Below, piece after piece: positions 31,097-43,500 of a stretch of DNA of 64,000 nt. Made by a program: the position numbers and the translations under genes. How positions within the stretch are numbered: position 1 is the stretch's first letter; each line of letters opens with the position of its first letter. The notes under the pieces are model-generated. The model was not told the origin of the DNA and did no database searches. It worked only from the letters and a program-made list of their open reading frames with translations. The DNA comes from an uncultured Candidatus Poseidoniales archaeon (GTDB lineage: Archaea > Thermoplasmatota > Poseidoniia > Poseidoniales > Poseidoniaceae). Where the stretch lies: contig CAJJCP010000028.1 in the NCBI GenBank assembly GCA_905182715.1, forward strand, positions 12,592 to 76,591, written 5' to 3'.

Positions 31097-32338
31097 TCAC
31101 TTTCCAAGTTCCTCTCTCTGTTCTTGGACATGCCAAGGTACAGTTTCGTAGACTTCGGTAAAAATAGTTGATGCAGGCGGATAAGGTCCACTTGCCAAAT
31201 CTCCAAACTCACATGCGGCTTTGTATGATGCCATGACTTCATCATCAATTTTCTTAGCCAATGCCGTGTGGCGGGTCTCATTCCACAGTTCTGCTTTCAT
31301 GAGATGATCTTTGAGTCGTTCGATAGGATCTCCACCAGGCCAATATTTGAATTCATCACTTGGGCGGTATACCGAGGGGTCATCGGAAGAAGAATGGCCA
31401 CCAGCACGGTAGGTATACACTTCAATGTGGGTTGCTCCTTTGCCAGCAGCAGCTCGCAAACGTGCCCACTTTGTTACGCTGTAAAGTGCGAGGAAATCAT
31501 TTCCATCCACTCTGAAGGAGGGGATGTCATAGGCTAATCCACGCTCTGCGAAAGTTCGTCCACCTGTTGCAAGGTTGGCGTGAGTTGAAATTGCCCATTG
31601 GTTGTTCACTACATTGAGAATGACTGGTGGCTTAAACGTCGAAGCGAAATTCAATGCGTAGTGATAGTCACCTTGTGCAGATGTTCCATCACCGAGCCAT
31701 GAGATACAAACTTCATCATCGCCTTTGTATGCACTTGCCATCGCTACACCGACTGCTTGGGAGAATTGAGTTCCTACAGGAGATGAAATTGAAATGAATC
31801 GTCCTTGTTTCCAAGTATAGTGGACTGGCATCTGGCGTCCTTTGACATTATCTTCGGTGTTGCCGATGCAATGGCAAATCATACTGACCATGTCGCGTCC
31901 TCGAACAAATTGAGCACCAGGTTGTCGATAGGATGGGAAAATCCAATCTTGTGTTTCAAGCGCCATGGTTTGGGCGATTGCAATTGCTTCTTCGCCAAAA
32001 GACCGCATATAGAACGAAAGTTTACCGGTTCGTTGCATTTTGATCATCCGGTCATCAAATATTCGAAGACGCATCATGTATTCGAGTCCTTGAATCAAGG
32101 TCTCTGCATCCAAGAGAGGGTTCCATTCACCTTCTGCTACACCGTCATCATTGAGAACACGAATCAAACCTGATGCGTGAGCGACTGTATCTTGTGCAGA
32201 ACACTTTGCAGGGTCTGGCCGATTCAAATCGCCGGGCTGCTCAGTAAACTTTCCGCCAAAATCAGCATCTTCACCAGGTCGGAATGGAGGCCGACCGATG
32301 GTGTACGGCTTAGTCGTGGCAGTCACTCTCTCGGTCAT
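31097..32338 (-). CDS. bkdA1: 2-oxoisovalerate dehydrogenase E1 alpha
   Basis: RPGEDADF N-terminus, KGRQMPVHY, GDG..NNQWAIS TPP motif, HSSSDDPSVYR. Confidence 0.9.
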   Translation of the reverse strand: MTERVTATTKPYTIGRPPFRPGEDADFGGKFTEQPGDLNRPDPAKCSAQDTVAHASGLIRVLNDDGVAEGEWNPLLDAETLIQGLEYMMRLRIFDDRMIKMQRTGKLSFYMRSFGEEAIAIAQTMALETQDWIFPSYRQPGAQFVRGRDMVSMICHCIGNTEDNVKGRQMPVHYTWKQGRFISISSPVGTQFSQAVGVAMASAYKGDDEVCISWLGDGTSAQGDYHYALNFASTFKPPVILNVVNNQWAISTHANLATGGRTFAERGLAYDIPSFRVDGNDFLALYSVTKWARLRAAAGKGATHIEVYTYRAGGHSSSDDPSVYRPSDEFKYWPGGDPIERLKDHLMKAELWNETRHTALAKKIDDEVMASYKAACEFGDLASGPYPPASTIFTEVYETVPWHVQEQREELGK

Positions 32339-32347
32339 TGTTCCACC

Positions 32348-33376
32348 TCAGTTCATCCCGCCCTTAAGAGGTACGGGTGAATCGTTTTCATCTTGAGCGA
32401 CATACACATATGCGCCAGGCATTACTTCCGAGTTCTCGGCATCCAGTGTTTTTCGCAGTAAAAGTCCAGCCTTGAAGGATGAGCGTACGAGTGGTCCACT
32501 GGCAATTCCAGCAAAACCCATTGTAATCGCTTCCTTTGCCCAGGTGTCATACATCTCCGGCTCCGGGAAACGGTCAACCGTCAAATGGCTTGACGAAGGA
32601 GCAAGATATTGTCCAATGGTGACGAGGTCCACACCGGCATCACGCAGCAGTTGTAATGATTCAGTAATCTCTTCATCACGTTCGCCAACTCCGACCATTA
32701 ACGAAGATTTCGTGATGATATCTGGCCGAAGGATTTTCGCTTGACGGAGAATCTCGAGCGATTGAGAAAAGGATGCTCGGTGGTCACGAACGGTTTTGTC
32801 AAGGCGGGGTACACATTCGACGTTGTGGGCAAAGACCGAAAGTGGACTTCCATCAAGAAGATGAGCAAGAGCCTCATGGTCTCCTGCTAAATCTGAGCAA
32901 AGCAATTCAAGCGTGACATTTGGCTGGCGTTCATGAACAGCAGCAATACATTGCTTGTAGTGATCTGCTCCGCTGTCGGGTATGTCATCTCTGTTGACGA
33001 CCGTAATAACGACGTGTCGAAGATTCATCGATTCAACAGCAGTTGCCAAGTGCGAGGGTTCCTCAAGGTCAAGAGGTGGAGGTGTTTTGATTGTACCAAC
33101 AGCACAAAAACGACATCCACGTGTACATTCTTGCCCAGCAATCATGAATGTTGCATCACCACTGGCCCAGCAATCATGGATATTGGGGCATCGCGCTTCT
33201 TGGCAAACGGTGTGTAAGGCATTGTCTTGAACAGCCGCTTTCGTCTTGTTGAAAAGAGCTTGCTGCTCTCCCGAGGGGAGAGTTGTACGGAACCAATCAG
33301 GTAGCCGTTCACGTTTTGGTTTTGGACGTAAAGCAGGAGGCGTTTTACTCGCCATCGGTAGTTGTTTGCTCGACAT
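32348..33376 (-). CDS. lipA: Lipoyl synthase
   Basis: CQEARCPNIHDCW and CTRGCRFC clusters; RSS motif. Confidence 0.95.
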   Translation of the reverse strand: MSSKQLPMASKTPPALRPKPKRERLPDWFRTTLPSGEQQALFNKTKAAVQDNALHTVCQEARCPNIHDCWASGDATFMIAGQECTRGCRFCAVGTIKTPPPLDLEEPSHLATAVESMNLRHVVITVVNRDDIPDSGADHYKQCIAAVHERQPNVTLELLCSDLAGDHEALAHLLDGSPLSVFAHNVECVPRLDKTVRDHRASFSQSLEILRQAKILRPDIITKSSLMVGVGERDEEITESLQLLRDAGVDLVTIGQYLAPSSSHLTVDRFPEPEMYDTWAKEAITMGFAGIASGPLVRSSFKAGLLLRKTLDAENSEVMPGAYVYVAQDENDSPVPLKGGMN

Positions 33377-33530
33377 ACATGTTCCCCCTTGTTTCACCCT
33401 ATGCTTTGCCTTTCAAAAAGATGTGCCGTGGTCTTTTTTTGTCATGTACTATGCAAACCGAGATTCCATGTCATTTTCGCATGATTTTTTTTTGAGAGCA
33501 TTGATGAGGGGCGAACGATTCGAACAGTTC

Positions 33531-34277
33531 ATGGCGCAACGAGTTGCATTGATTACTGGTGGTGGAAAACGTATTGGTGCAGCAACAGTTTCTCTTCTCT
33601 TGGACAATGATTGGTTCGTATTTATTCACGTCCGATCTTCAATCTCAGAAGCCCAAGCAATTCTTCAAACATATGAGCAAAAAAACGGTTCAAAAGCACA
33701 GGCTGAAATCATTCAAGCCGACCTCAATAGCGATGAGGATTTGGCTACGCTCATCGGGGTCGTTCTGAACCATGAAAAAGTAAAATTGAATGGTGGATTA
33801 CATGCTCTAATTCACAATGCTTCAATCTATAGTTCAGAAGACTATGCGTCAGTAAGTCTTGAATCTCTCCGACTTAACACCCGCCTTCATATCGAAGTCC
33901 CCTTCCTTTTGACACAAGGTCTTTTGACGCCTCTCAAATCGGGTCAAGGTTGTGTAATTGGAATGATTGATACTTCATTGGGACGAGCTTGGAAAGGCTT
34001 GTCACATTACACAGCAAGTAAAGCAGGTTTACGTCAATTAATGATGAATTTAGCAGGTGACCTTGCTCCGGAAATCCGAGTGAACTGTGTTGCACCTGGT
34101 GCCATCATTGCCGCCGATTGGGAAAGCGAGCACTTCGCCTCAGTCCTCGAAAAAGTACCCCTGGGCCGTGCAGGTGAACCAACTGATGTTGCTCAAGCCA
34201 TCCTCTTTCTTCTCAATTCCACCTACCTTTCTGGCCAAACAATCAATGTTGATGGCGGCTGGTCAGTTTCACCTTGA
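33531..34277 (+). CDS. SDR oxidoreductase, pteridine reductase/FolM-like
   Basis: TGGGKRIG (PTR1/FolM-type), NAS, YTASKAG, RVNCVAPG, VDGG. Confidence 0.8.
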   Translation: MAQRVALITGGGKRIGAATVSLLLDNDWFVFIHVRSSISEAQAILQTYEQKNGSKAQAEIIQADLNSDEDLATLIGVVLNHEKVKLNGGLHALIHNASIYSSEDYASVSLESLRLNTRLHIEVPFLLTQGLLTPLKSGQGCVIGMIDTSLGRAWKGLSHYTASKAGLRQLMMNLAGDLAPEIRVNCVAPGAIIAADWESEHFASVLEKVPLGRAGEPTDVAQAILFLLNSTYLSGQTINVDGGWSVSP

Positions 34278-34328
34278 AGCAATGTGCTTAGGGGTTTTCT
34301 TCAAATCCTCTGTGCAGTTCGGAGGTCT

Positions 34329-34415
34329 GCAGGGGTGGCTGAGGTGGTCAAAGGCGCCGGGCTTAAGATCCGGTCCCGTATGGGTTCGTGGGTTCGTATC
34401 CCACTCCCTGCACCA
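34329..34415 (+). tRNA. tRNA-Leu (anticodon TAA), encoded CCA, no intron
   Basis: Acceptor stem GCAGGGG/TCCCTGC, anticodon arm CCGGG-CTTAAGA-TCCGG, long variable arm, GGTTCGTATCCC T-arm, ACCA end. Confidence 0.95.
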
Positions 34416-34434
34416 CTCTCTCAATACTCATTCG

Positions 34435-34456
34435 CCCCCTCGTAGAGGGGGGTTTT
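34435..34456 (+). terminator. Hairpin plus T-tract downstream of tRNA-Leu
   Basis: CCCCCTC-GTA-GAGGGGG followed by GTTTT. Confidence 0.55.
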
Positions 34457-34505
34457 GTTGAACATTCAATGCAAAACCGTTTAACACTCGGTTGAACAGG
34501 CCACG

Positions 34506-37460
34506 ATGGTGAACAGAGTGTCCTCAACGCATGCAACTTCCGTCAACCGCCTTTTACCCGTCCTTTTGGTCATCTTGCTCATCGGCTCAATTCTTCCGAT
34601 GACAGCACCTTCTTCACCCTCGACGTCATTCGATTCTGTTCTCGAAGATGAACCGAGTGTATTGCCCGCAGGAAACGATTGCAATGCGTGCCAATCATAC
34701 GACCTGTATCTCGATGAAATGACCTCAGAGGCTGGCGGAGATGGTTCAATCACCACAGAGGAACCTTCAGGCTCTCACCAAGAAATGAGTGCGCTGGGTG
34801 GAATTCAATTCCGTAGTAATGAAATGATTTCCGATCTCGCAGTGTATGGCCGTGACAATACCGACAAAGTAACTTTGACTGTATTCATGCAATTCAAAGG
34901 TACGGAAGGTTCCACTGCTGATGTTACCTACTCTTTGGACTCTGGTGGCTCAGAAATTGATTCAGTCTCTGAAACTCGAGATGACCCTTGTACCAGCAAT
35001 GTCCTTGGAACAAGCAGTTGTCCCTGGGTGACCACTACAATTGATTTCGAAATACCTTCGAGTGGGTTCATGGTTGAAAACGGTGAGCAACTCGAGTTGA
35101 ACATCGATGCTCAGGCAACATGTGAGAGCAGCACCGGCGGAGTTGGTGGCGGCAGTTGTGAAGTGAATGTCGCTTTCGGCGATGTTGAAGATACTTCTGG
35201 AACTTCCAAACTCGAACTCAAAGCGAATGCTCTTGCAGACTCTTCTGTCCGAGTTCACCGCCCAGGAGCTAGTTTCCTTGACCAAGAAGTGACTGAATGG
35301 TCACCAAATCACCGCCCAGATTTCCGTACCATGCAATTCACTGTTGATGTTCGAAATGCTTTCGGTCGTGATGATATTCAAAACGTTGATTTGATTATGA
35401 GTACACCTAATGGTGCAAATTCTGAGTTCGATAAAACATTCGACGATGATGAACTTAAGTTGGATAATCAAGGATTGATTGGAAATTATACGTGGACGTA
35501 TGACTCTGGAATAAGTGCTGGAGATTATCCATTACGACTTGAAATCAGCGACGTCCAAGGCCATACACTTGTCTTTGAACATTCAGGAATCACTTTTATT
35601 GAGCATGACATCTACCTTTCTCTCCCTTCTTCTCAGCCAGATACTGTTCTGATTGCTCCAGGGCAAACGTCCAGTATTGAATTTTTGATAGAACATACTG
35701 GCTCTACCTCTTCATCAATGAATATCGTCTTTGATTTGGTAGGTTCACCTTTCCCTTCATCATGGTCTGACCCTATATGGGATCAAGCCGGTGGATATAC
35801 GCTCAATGGTGGAGGCACCTTTGCTCGCCCGATACTTTCCTTTGATGTGGTTGATGGTGATCTTACCAATGCTCCAAGCAGTATTGAAATCGAAGCCCGA
35901 GCATATGCAGATACTGAGAATGCCCAAAACGACCAAGTCGCGATTAAGACAATTGTTCTATCGATTGAAGAATCCGATGTCCTCGCGCCACCCCGTATTG
36001 CAGTCTTTGAAGACTTTGAACATCAAATACAAATTGCCGATTCAACTCGTGTTGATGCCTATGATGAGACACTTTCCCATTATGTTGATGCTGGTGATAC
36101 CAAAGGCGAATTCTTTGTTGATGTCTTTAATGCTGGATTTATTACCGATTCGTTCCGATTGCGGGTTACGGATTTACCCGACGCTTGGCAATTCAAATTC
36201 TTCGATAACGACACAGGGATGGAACTGACTGAAGAAGGAATTTATTCAACCACTCCTGACATTGGTTCAAATCAAATTCTCACTCTGCGCATGGAAATAT
36301 TCCCTCCAAATGAGCGCGATGCCCAAGATATTGGTTTGGTTGAGTTTTCAGTTTCCAGTACCGCCGATACCGAACTCAGCACACAAATAGCGTTCACAGT
36401 CCATCGAACCTTTGGTATCTTAGTGGAAGTCATAGCAGACTCTGACGGGGGGACACTCGGGACCGTTGGTCCAGTTTCACCAGGCTCAAGCATGTATTAC
36501 AATATGCGAATCACCGATTCAAGTGAAACACTTGGTCAAACGACATGGCGGATTAAAAATCCTGCTGAATTAGATCGAAACCTCGAAACTCCGGACGGTA
36601 ATCCCGACTATGGTACTTGGGATTATGATATCTCGAATGGGACCGAATCGAACATCGTTGTCGTCTATCTCGAAGCAGATGAGCACGTAGATATCAAGCT
36701 TGATTTGACTTTGCGTTCCAAGGTCGAGGCCGGATTCCATACGATTTATGTCCGTGTCATCGAAGAAGGCGTTGATTCTGAAGAGGCGCGATACTTCGAC
36801 TTACCAATTACTGTTGAAGTCCGAGATGATGTTCAACCAGGGCAACTTGAAATCACCGATGCGAGTACCGAAATTATCCGATTTGAATCGGATGAAGAAC
36901 GTAACATCAACTTCAAGATTGATAATCAAAACAACATACCTCTCGACGTGGTCATCACTTTGGAAGAACCCGATGGCTGGGATGGCTTGATTCGTGCATC
37001 CTCTGACCAAAACGGAGGAAGTTTCCTCCTGCTCACACTTCCTGCTTACTCGAGTAAAGATTTCTCAGTTGCAGTTACGCCACCTTCAAATTTGAAAGAC
37101 GGTGATGATGTGAAATTCACCCTTACAGTTACGCCGATGGATGAGGAAGTACCTTACGATAGTGAATTCACACAAATCATGTCGTTTTCATACCAAACTG
37201 AATGTTCTGGAATCGCATGTCTACTGAATGAGATTATGAATCCAGAACCTCAAACTTTCGCACTTGGAATTGGCCTGGCATTTGTTCTCATCTTTGCAGT
37301 ATATCGTCGTGGACAAAATGCTGGTGTTGGGAGCGAACCTCATCAAACTTGGGTCGACGAAGAGTTCGATTTCGGACTCGAAACAGTCGAACCAGTTGTG
37401 GAACCTGTTGTCGAAGAAGATGATGATTTGGAACTTTTAGATGAACTTGAAGATCTTTGA
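34506..37460 (+). CDS. Large acidic cell-surface protein with Ig-like modules and C-terminal membrane anchor
   Basis: N-terminal signal/TM, repeated N.G...D..L....P..W beta-sandwich pattern, C-terminal TM, YRR and acidic tail. Confidence 0.8.
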   Translation: MVNRVSSTHATSVNRLLPVLLVILLIGSILPMTAPSSPSTSFDSVLEDEPSVLPAGNDCNACQSYDLYLDEMTSEAGGDGSITTEEPSGSHQEMSALGGIQFRSNEMISDLAVYGRDNTDKVTLTVFMQFKGTEGSTADVTYSLDSGGSEIDSVSETRDDPCTSNVLGTSSCPWVTTTIDFEIPSSGFMVENGEQLELNIDAQATCESSTGGVGGGSCEVNVAFGDVEDTSGTSKLELKANALADSSVRVHRPGASFLDQEVTEWSPNHRPDFRTMQFTVDVRNAFGRDDIQNVDLIMSTPNGANSEFDKTFDDDELKLDNQGLIGNYTWTYDSGISAGDYPLRLEISDVQGHTLVFEHSGITFIEHDIYLSLPSSQPDTVLIAPGQTSSIEFLIEHTGSTSSSMNIVFDLVGSPFPSSWSDPIWDQAGGYTLNGGGTFARPILSFDVVDGDLTNAPSSIEIEARAYADTENAQNDQVAIKTIVLSIEESDVLAPPRIAVFEDFEHQIQIADSTRVDAYDETLSHYVDAGDTKGEFFVDVFNAGFITDSFRLRVTDLPDAWQFKFFDNDTGMELTEEGIYSTTPDIGSNQILTLRMEIFPPNERDAQDIGLVEFSVSSTADTELSTQIAFTVHRTFGILVEVIADSDGGTLGTVGPVSPGSSMYYNMRITDSSETLGQTTWRIKNPAELDRNLETPDGNPDYGTWDYDISNGTESNIVVVYLEADEHVDIKLDLTLRSKVEAGFHTIYVRVIEEGVDSEEARYFDLPITVEVRDDVQPGQLEITDASTEIIRFESDEERNINFKIDNQNNIPLDVVITLEEPDGWDGLIRASSDQNGGSFLLLTLPAYSSKDFSVAVTPPSNLKDGDDVKFTLTVTPMDEEVPYDSEFTQIMSFSYQTECSGIACLLNEIMNPEPQTFALGIGLAFVLIFAVYRRGQNAGVGSEPHQTWVDEEFDFGLETVEPVVEPVVEEDDDLELLDELEDL

Positions 37461-37551
37461 GTTTTTTGCCGACACTTTGGCTGAGGAATGCTCTACTGCG
37501 GCCCCCTTTCTTTGAAAGTCCCGTCGAGTTAATACTCCGTGAAATGAAGTA

Positions 37552-40500
37552 TTGTATGAACATCGCACCATTTCCCTTATGAGGCATCAAACCAGCCCGT
37601 CAACAGTGAATCCAATGCGCACGACTGTTTCTCCCTCCGAGCCGCGCTTCCAATGGCAGATTCTTCAACATCGGAACGCCTTCAAATCGTTCTCCTTAGC
37701 GGCCTTGATGGTGCTCTCAACATTTGCTGCAATCCCGTATATTTCGATGGATGCCCTCGCCGCTTCTGACCAAGATGGAGATGGTTTGACCTATGGTTTG
37801 GAATACCTCATGAATACCGCTCCAAATGACCCTGATTCTGATAACGACGGTTTGCCTGATGGATGGGAATGGCAATACGGCCTCGATCCTCTTTCGAGTA
37901 ACGGCGGAGATGGCGCAGTTGGCGATCCTGATGGCGATGGGATGTCGAATCTACAAGAGTATTCATACTTACAACCCCAAAATTGGGACAGCTCCTCAAC
38001 ACCTGGAGTTCTTGACATGGGTGTTTGGTGGAACGGTACAGTTCCAGTTAACGATTGGAATGAAGAAGGCGCCCTACAATACAACAGACCTGGCTGCGGT
38101 GATAGTGGCTCAGATGGCGTTGGTAGCGTGATTCTTTGTGACGAAGACCCCGTAGGAAATATTTGCACGAATGGTTTCGATGATGATAAAGACGGCCTTG
38201 TTGATTCTGCTGACCCAGATAATGATGGGGATGCAGATTGTTCTTCCAATGATGATGATGGCGATGGTATTGCTGATGAAGACGTGGCCGGTTGGGATAC
38301 TGACGGCGACGGAATGGATGACGGTTGGGAGGCTGCAAACGGCCTCAATGCCACATCCGCTTCCAATGCAGACGGACCGAACGGCGACCCTGACGGTGAT
38401 GGCTTGACCAACCTCATGGAATATGTCAATCCTTCATGGACAACGATGTGTGGTACTTCTCCTTGTTTCCGTAATGGCCCAGATGGTGTTGTTACTGAAA
38501 CTATTTCACCTTGCGACCCTGTTTCTGGAATTGGACCAGGTGGCTGTGCAACCTCTACTGCCGAAGTTGATGGTATTACGAGCACAAACCCCCAACGCGC
38601 AGATACCGATGGTGACGGATTAAACGACTCCTATGAGGCATTGACGCTCTTGACAGATCCAACATCTGCCGATACAGACCGCGATGGAATCGATGACGGC
38701 GTTGAAGTCAACGGCGCATATGGTATCCCTCCTCAACCCAGCAATCCCCGTGACAACAACACCGACGGTGACGCCTTTGATGACGGTGAAGAAGATACCA
38801 ATTTCAACGGTGTTTTAGATGCAGGTGAAACCGACCCTACGCGAATGGAAGATTCAGGCGATGAAGACAATGATGGTATTCAGAATTGGGAAGAAAATCT
38901 TTCATGCACGACATGGGATATTGCCGATACCGATTTTGGTGGAATAAACGATGGTGATGAGCGCAATATTTCACACGGAACAGACCCTTGTGACTCGATC
39001 ATCAATTTTGATACGACCATCGTCACTTGGAATTCAGGTACCAGCCAACTTCAAGTTACAGATGGAACCGGATTCAATCCAAGTGGTGGTGTCGGATGGT
39101 ACAACACTTCTGGTACATGGATTCCTTTTGCTTATGTGAGTACGGTGAATAATGCCATACAAGGGGTATCAACCGCTCCAAATGCTGGTGTGACGCAAGT
39201 CGCAAACCGCAACGGTTCTTTCTGCCATACATCGGCAACAGCCGCAGGAACGATTGGTACAACTCAGCAATATTGTGACGATGATTATTCTGATTCCGAT
39301 GGTGATGGCCTTGCAGATTGGCAAGAGTTACTGGGAACCTTCGGTTGGTTTTCGAACCCAACACTCGCAGATACAGATGCTGATGGTGTGAGTGATTTTG
39401 ATGAAGTCTTTGACAACACCGATCCGAATCAGCCTTGTACGAATTTACTCGATGAGGATTTAGACGGCTTGAACAATTATTTTGAAACGACAACTGGTTG
39501 TGACCTTTCTTGGATTGGAATCCTCAACGGTTCAACAGATGTGTGGATTACTGATGATGTGACGGGTGATACCGATGCCGGAGGCGTTGGAGACCGTGAT
39601 GAATATTTTGATGGTACTAACCCGCAAAACGATCCGACCGATGACTTATTGCCTGCTGATTTTGATGGCGATGGTATTCCTGATGCTGTTGAAAACCAAA
39701 CAGGAACTGATTGGACCAACCCTGATACTGACGGTGGTGGAATGATTGATGGCCTTGAATGCCCTCAGGAATTCTGGATTATCGGTTGTCAAGGTTCGCC
39801 TTTCGACCCGTTTGATCCAACCGATGATTTGATTTCATCTGAAATTGTCTTTTGGGCAAACAACACCACAGGTGTTGTTGACATTGATTCAATACATCGA
39901 TGGCGCCAAACGACCAATGATTTCTACACCGGTACAACCTATGCTCATCTTGAAGCAGTCCATCCATACGAATCGATGGTTCTTCCTTATTCGAATCTGA
40001 CGCATCTTGCAGACCTTACCTTTTCAAACGAAACTCTGGATTGGATGATTACCTATCAGAATCCATTAAATTCGGGTAATCTTCCCGTCCCATATTCACT
40101 TTCGAACTTATCGTTCTTTGTGGACCTTGCAGGGGAATTACAACGTTCCAATGATACACATAACGTCAATGTGATTACTGGGCCGATTCAAGAAATCTTT
40201 GTTCAGCAACCAGAGTACTTTTTCGATTGGGCAACACTTGCATCAACAACAGTGCCAGGTATAAATTCGAGTTATAATTTGGTTTTGCCACCCACCTTCA
40301 GTGATCCATCACACCCTCACTCCTACCTCCTCAACGTTACGACTGCAGTCATTACTGAGGCTGGTGCGACCAATGCATATGACAGTGCTGCGGCTTTGCA
40401 AACCTTCCTGACTGAAGGAAATGCAACGACTGATTTCAAGCGTAACTACGACGGTTCTGGAATCCCTTCTTCCGAAGATTTGAGCGTGACCTTGGTACAA

Positions 40501-43500
40501 GCCACTGCGTGAAGGGAGTTGTTCAGAATTCAACACAGCATTCGTCACTATGGCTCGTCTTGCTGGATTGCCTGCCCGAATGGTGACCGGTTTCTCTGGC
40601 GGTATTTGGAACGGTGATGGTTATTCTGTTTACCCAACACATTTGTCCACATGGGGTGAAGTTCGATTGCAACAAAACTCTGCGAGTGGCGACACTGAAC
40701 TTGGATGGATTGCATTCGATGCCTGCCCCGCTGCTGAAGAAGTTGAAATTGTGAATCAAACTATTTCCTCTTTCACCTTTGACCGAGATGGTACGGTCTT
40801 GCTCAACGTGTCCGGGCAATTGCGCTACAGCGAAAACTTGTCCTCCATTTCAGAACATTCACTTACCGGATATCTTGTCCCAATGGCCTTAGAAAATGAA
40901 ATTCCTGGTCAGGCTGCAGTTCCAAACTTTGAGTTTGGTTCAGACATTACGCTTGCTGATGGAACCTTTACTTTCAACGGAACTCCTCCTGAATTGGACG
41001 GGCCGGGTATGTATCGAGTGGTTGTCAAACTCCTTCAATCAGGCTATGTTGCTGAAGCAGGAGTGATTTTTGAAGGATACATTAACGTGACAGAAGATTC
41101 AGTTCTCAGTCACACTGCTCCAAATGCAATCAATGCTCCAATTGCTGGTGCCGGAGCTTTAACAGTCATTGAAGGTAGGCTTTCATTGGAAAATGCCCCT
41201 ACGAATAATATTGCAAACATTGGAGTCAATGATTTGACGCCACCATCGGTCTGGTTGACCTATACATCTTCCGTGACCGGTTTCACAAACTTGAGCAGTT
41301 TCATGAACATTGACGGTACTTGGAGTTTTGATTTGAATCTCGACCCACTTGAAACGAAGACAAATCTTTCTGCAATTCTTGGATTCTCTGGATGGCAAGA
41401 TACGCAAGCAACCGGTATTACTCCAACTCAATTCCATTTGCGTCCTTCGACCACTTCGATTGTAATTGATGTGCGTGATGCGCCAAACTTGACCGCAACT
41501 CTTGAAGGGCCACTTGCCAATAACAGCGTCCTTCTCATCGGCGATAACCTATGGGTAAACGGTACGACTCTCACGACTGGAGCATCACCTGTGCCAATGG
41601 CAGGTAATCTTTCGCTGTCAATTCGAGAAAACGAGACTTCACAGGATTGGACTCAAGTGTTTAACCAAAGTGTTAACGGAGCGTTTAGCATCCAACATTT
41701 ACTTTTGGCAGCAGATGCTCAAGTCATGGCTGGAATTCTCGAAATTCAGATACGCTTCTTCCCCAACGCTATCGAAGCAACCGATGACGCGAATGTGACT
41801 GCAGGTGGCCCTTACCTACTGCGTGGCACGCTCATTTTCGAAGTACAAGCGAGTGCCCAATTAAGGGGGACAGATGCTACTGTCTTAGTCAGTGCAATCG
41901 ATCATCGTGGTGTGAATACAGACCTTCTTCTCTCTGGTAATTTTGATTTCACCTTCAATGGAAACTGGGTCAACACAACCGTCGATCCGCAAACTGAAAC
42001 AATGACTATCAACTGGTTGATTGATTCAACCCTCTTTGCTGGTGATTATATTTCATCACAATTCCATCAATGGTTCCGATTTGTATCAACCATCAATCGG
42101 CATGAGTACGGTTCGTGTTGCTGCTGAAGTGGCATGGAATTTGAGTCTCAGTCAAGATTGGACTCACTTGGGCAATTCGAGTTATCTGTTTGGAGATATC
42201 TTTGACGCGCAATATACCAATATGAGTGTGCTTGGTGACAACATCACCATGCTTTCAATTATCATGCTGACACCAGATGGTATGCCAATTGACCTTTCAC
42301 AGGGATTGTTAGACAATACGACCGGAAGTTTCCTCCTCAACTTCACCATTCCAATGACGAACCCTTCCGATTCATACGAATTCCTTCTGAATATGGACTT
42401 CGACTCAATGGCACCGGCTGGCGGAGCATATTTCCGATTTGTCGATTCAGCTGTTCCACCCGCCCCACCCTCGCTTCCTTCAACACTTGTTGGTATTGAA
42501 TCTGAATTTGTTGTTAAAACTGAACGGAGTTCATTAATTGTTGAAGCCAACCAAGCCATCGACTTTAATGCGACCATTACTGATGTTGCAGACCAATCCA
42601 ACGTATCCGGTGCCGTAGTCGAATACATCTTGGACTGGGGCAATACCAATGTTTCACTGGGTCTTGATACTTCAGATTCTGAAGGTAATTCAACCCTCCA
42701 ATGGACTGCAACAGGTATTGCACCAGGCTATTACGATGTATTGGTAATTGTTTATGACGATTTGACCGACGCTCTCGGTCAAGGCAATTCACGCCGAACT
42801 GGTAACTCCTCTCTCGTCAATTTGACTGTACAAGTCCCGAGTGTGATTCGTATCGACTCGATTCCAACTGTTACAACAGCTGGATTGAATTTCAACGTTC
42901 TTGGACAAGTTCTCGATGGAGATAACGCTGCACGACCTCTTACAACTCCAGTTGAAATGTCCGCATTTTGGTTAAATAATCCCGATGAACTGTTGGTTGG
43001 GGCTTACCTCACAACTTCGAATGGAACCTTCAACATGAGTATTCCAACTGATACTTCCGGTAACGGCACTGAGCGTGGAAACAAGATTTTAGTTTTGAGT
43101 GTGAATGAAGATTCTTCGCCTTTCTACCTTACTTCCACTTCGCAGAATGGAATGTTGGTCATGGGTGTGAGTCAGTTTAACAATCTCCAGCCGCTTAATC
43201 CAGTCACAGTGAACCGTGGAGATACCGTCAATATTACAGGACGTTTGATGGAATCCTCTAATCTCTTTGCACCATTATCTGGATTTGATGTCGATATTCA
43301 ATTCCATGAAACATGGTTGGCAGGCACCCAAACAGATGGAGAAGGATATGCAAACTTTAGCCATCAGATCCCTATGTCACATCCACTTGGATTGATTATT
43401 GTATCATTGGTATTCAATGGTTCTTCAGACTTGTTGAATACCCAAGTGAACCTTTCAACCATTACCATTCGCTCGACGACCATCATGGTGGTTGACCCTA

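Noticed and set aside
37791..38585. Long Ser/Pro-rich antisense and alternate-frame ORFs (also 54107-54982, 44376-45038, 29313-29891)
   Set aside because: Shadow ORFs produced by the codon bias of the real genes they overlap
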